Positions 58,903 to 64,000 of a stretch of DNA of 64,000 nt are shown piece by piece (positions within the stretch are counted from its first letter, which is position 1; every line of letters begins with the position of its first letter). The position numbers were made by a program, and so were the translations under genes. This DNA comes from the human T2T-CHM13v2.0 reference genome, Homo sapiens, in the NCBI RefSeq assembly GCF_009914755.1, contig NC_060947.1; one strand, given 5' to 3'. The notes under the pieces are model-generated. The model was not told the DNA's origin. It worked only from the letters and a program-made list of their open reading frames with translations, and did no database searches.

Positions 58903-60290
58903 CCACCTTACAGCAAAATCAAACCCTCAAGGTCATCAAATACAACTTCAAAAATCCAAAAGTCACTAACTTCAAAGACTGAAGGAACATAAGACCACAA
59001 AGATGAGAACAAACGAGGACAAGAACTCTGATACCTCAAGCATCTAGAGTGCCTTCCTTCTTTCAAATGGCCACATAGTCTATCCAGCAAGGGTTCTAAA
59101 GTGGGCTAAAATAGCTGAAATGACAGAAATAAAATTAAGTATATGGATACAAATAAGGAATGTTGAGCTACAAAAATAAGTTGAAACCTAACCCAAGAAA
59201 GCTAAGAATTATAATAAAATAAGGCAGGAGCTAAGAGACAAAATAGGCAGGATAGGAAAAAACAAAACCTCTGAGAAACATAAAATTATGTAAAGAAAAC
59301 AAATACATGGCTCATTGGTGTCCCTGAAAGAGATGGGAATAATAGAACCAACTTGAAAAAATATATTTTAATATACCATCCATGAGAAAGTTCCCAAACT
59401 AGCTAGCAAGGCAAAAATTCAAACTCAGGAAACGAAGACAGTAAGAGTGAAATACTCACAAGAAGATTATCCCCAGGACAGATAATCATCAGATTCTTCA
59501 AGGTTGAAATGAAAGAAAAAATGTTAAAGCTAGCTAGAGAGAAAGGTCAGGCCACCTGCAAAAGGAAGCCCATCAGGCTAATAGTGGACCTCTCAGCAGA
59601 AATCCTACAAGCCAGAGAAAATTGGGGGCGAATATTAAGCATTCTTAAACAAAATAAATTCCAACATAGCATTTTATATGTGGCCAAACTAAACTTAATA
59701 AGCAAAGGAGAAATAGGATCCTTTTCAGACAAGCAAATGCTGAGAGAATTTGTTACCACCAGACTTGCTGTACGAGAGCTCCTGAAGGAAGCACTAAATG
59801 TGAAAAAGAAAGTGCATTATCAGCTACTATGAAAACACACTGAAGTACACAGATCAGGACACTATAAAGCAACTACATAAACAAGTCTGCAAAATAATCA
59901 GCTAAAATAATGAGAGGGTCAAATCCATGCATATCAATACTAACCATGAATGTAAATGATGTAAATGGACTAAATACTCGAATTAAAATGCACAAAGTGG
60001 CCAGCAGGATAAAGAACCAAAACCCATTTGTGTACTGTCTTCAAGAGACCCATCTCACATGCAATGACACACATAGCCTAAAAATAAAGGGATAGAGAAA
60101 AATCTACCAAGCAAACAAGAAAAAGACCAAAAAAAAAAAAAGACAGAAAAAAGCAGGAGTTGCAATCCTAATATCAGACAAAACAGAAAATAAACCAATG
60201 AAGATCAAAAAATACAAAGAAGGGCATTACATAATGGCAAAGCATTAAATTAAACAAGAAGACCTAACTATTCTAAAAATATATGCATCC

Positions 60291-60604
<314 letters not shown>

Positions 60605-62574
60605 TTAATAAAGTAATTTTCTAGAAACCTTCAAAGACACTTAGACTCCCACACAACAAAAAGGGAAGAATTTTATACCCCAATGACAATATTAAACAGA
60701 TCATCAAGATAGAAAATTAACAAATATATTTATAACCTAAACTCAGAACTGTATCAAACGGACCTGATAGATGCCAACAGAACTCTTCATCCCCAAACAA
60801 CAGAATGTAACTTATTCTCATGGCACATACTCTAAAATCAGTCACACACTCAGAACTAAAACACTCCTGAGCAAATGCAAAAGAACTGAAATTATAACAA
60901 CCAATCTCTTGGATCATAGCACAGTCAAATTAGAAATGAAGACTAAGAAATTCACTCAAAACCATACAATTCCACAGAAATTGGATCACTTGCTCCTGAA
61001 TGACTTTTCAGTAAATAATAAAATTAAGGCAGAAATCAACAGCTTCTTTAAAATAATGAGAACAAAGATATACCATACCAGAATTTCTGAGACACAGCTA
61101 AGGAAGTGTCAAAAGTAAAGTTTACAGCATGAAATACCCAAATCAAAAAGTTAGAAAAATCTCAGTTTAACAATCTAACATCACAACTATAAGAACTAGA
61201 GAACCAAAAATGTAAAGTAACCCCAAAGCTAGCAGAAGACAAAACAAAAATAATAGCTAAAATGGAGGAGATTGAGACATGACAACTCATTCATATCAAT
61301 AATTCAAGAAGCTGTTTTTAAAAAATTAATGTAATACATAGATCAATAGCTACACTAATAAAGAATAAAAGAGAAATGATCTAAATAAACAGTTAGAAAT
61401 GACAAAGAATATATTACCACTTACCCCACAGAAATACAAATAAACATCAGGGAATGTAATGAACACCTCTATGCATATAACCTAGAAAATCTGGAAGAAA
61501 TGGATAAGCTCCTGGACACATACACCTTCCCAAGACTGAACCAAGAAGAAACTGAATCCCTGAATGTACCAATAATTAGTTCTGAAATTAAACAAATAGC
61601 CTACCAACCAAAAACCAAAAGCTAGGACCAGACAGAATCACAGATAATTTTACCAAATATACAAAAAAAGCTGGTATCATTTCTGTTGAAAATATTTTAA
61701 TAAAATTGATGAGGAGGGACCTCTCCATAAGTCAATCTATGAGGCCAGCATCATTCAAATAAAAAAAAAAAACTGGCAGAGACACAACAACAAATCTTCA
61801 GGCCAATATCTTTTGATGAACATCGATGAAAACAATACTCAACAAAGTACTGCCAAACCAAAACCAGCAACACATCAAAGCTGATCCACCATGATCAAGT
61901 TGGCTTTATCCCTGGAATGCAAGGTTGGTTCAACATACACAAATCCATAAATGTAATTCATCACATTAGCAGAATTAAATACAAACACCACATGATTATC
62001 TCAATAGCTGCAGAAAGGGCTTTTGATATAATTGAACACCACTTTGGTTTAAAAACTCTGAATAAACTAGGTATTGAAAAAACATATTTCAAAATGATAA
62101 CAGCCATATATGACAAACCTAAAGCCAACATCATACTGAATTGGCAAAAGCTGAAAGCATTCTTTTTGAAATCTGGCACAAGAAAAGAATGCCCTCTCCC
62201 ACCACTCCTACTTAACACAGTTTTGGACATTGTGTACAGAGCAATCAGGCAAGAGAAAAAAATAAATATAATGAGAGAAAGTTAAACTATCTCTATTTGC
62301 AGAAAACATTATCCTATATCTAAAAACTCTATAGTCTCAGGCCAAAAGTTCCTTAAGCTGATAAACAAGTTCAGCTAAGTCTCAGGATAAAAAAATCAAT
62401 GTACAGAAATTACTAGCATTCCTATAAACCAAACACAGATAATCCAGGAGCCAAAACAGGAATGCAATCTTATTCACAATTGTTACAATAAAATTTAAAA
62501 ACCTAGTAATACAGTTAATCAGGGAGGGAAAGATCTCTACAAAGAAAACTACAAAACACTTCTCAAATAAATGA

Positions 62575-62977
<403 letters not shown>

Positions 62978-63687
62978 ACACAATTTATAGATTTAATGCT
63001 CTTCTTGTTACAATGTAATTGTAGCAATTACATTTTCACAGCACTATTAAAAAATTTAAAAATTCATATGGAAACAAAAAATGCCCAAATACCCAGGCAA
63101 TCCTAAGCAAACAGGTGAAATCTGGAGGCATCATTTTACCTGACATCAAACTATAATACAGAAGTACAGTAACTAAAACAGCACGGTACTGGTACAAAAA
63201 CAGACACATACACCAATGGAACACAATAAATATCTGAGAAACAAGGCTGCACACCTAAAATTATCTGATTTTTGTCCAAGCTGACACAAACGTCAATGGG
63301 GAAAGGACTCCCTATTCAATAAGTGATGCTGAGATAACTGGCTAGCCATATACAGAAGATTAAAACTAAACCCTTTCTTTATATCATATATGAAAATTAA
63401 CTCAAGATAGATTAAATACTTAAATATAAAACCCAAAACTATAAAAACCCTGGAGGAAAACCTAGGGAATATCATTCTGATCATAGAAACAAGAAAAAAA
63501 TTTCTTGACAAAGATGCAAAAAGCAATTAAAACGGAAGCAAAAATTGACAAATGGAATATAATTAAATTAAAGAGTGTCTGAAAAGCAAAAGAAACTATC
63601 AACAGAGTAAGCAGACAACCTATAAAATGGGAGAAATTTTTTTTGCAAGCTATCCACTGAAAAAGGTCTAATATCTAGCATCTATAA

Positions 63688-64000
<313 letters not shown>

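Overview
AT-rich, CpG-poor primate (human-like) genomic DNA made mostly of decayed transposable elements; roughly half is LINE-1. I can support no protein-coding gene, RNA gene or CRISPR array. The ORFs I could attribute are broken L1 ORF1/ORF2 pieces, Alu/MaLR readings or low-complexity translations; the rest are short and uninformative. Contents: a Tigger4/Zombi transposon split by an Alu and a full-length L1MA1-like element, L1PB/L1PA/L1PREC2-like copies, seven Alus, two THE1 proviruses, solo MaLR/ERV LTRs, a full-length dead HSMAR2 mariner beside MER47A and MER5A, and MIR/L2/CR1 remnants. Subfamily names come from my recollection of consensus sequences and need RepeatMasker/Dfam confirmation. 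The most unusual signals are rearrangement scars: (1) a ~1.4 kb AT-rich insert in an L1 holding a 28-bp palindromic VNTR, bracketed by a 60-bp inverted duplication; (2) a multi-kb nested deletion junction right next to it; (3) a templated copy of a pre-L1 empty site inside a TA tract; (4) micro-inversions at a THE1 deletion junction and at an L1PA7 5' junction; (5) a few plus-strand candidate exons in unique sequence. I did not find a demonstrable new biological system. The best hypothesis is recurrent snap-back/template-switch repair at this locus.
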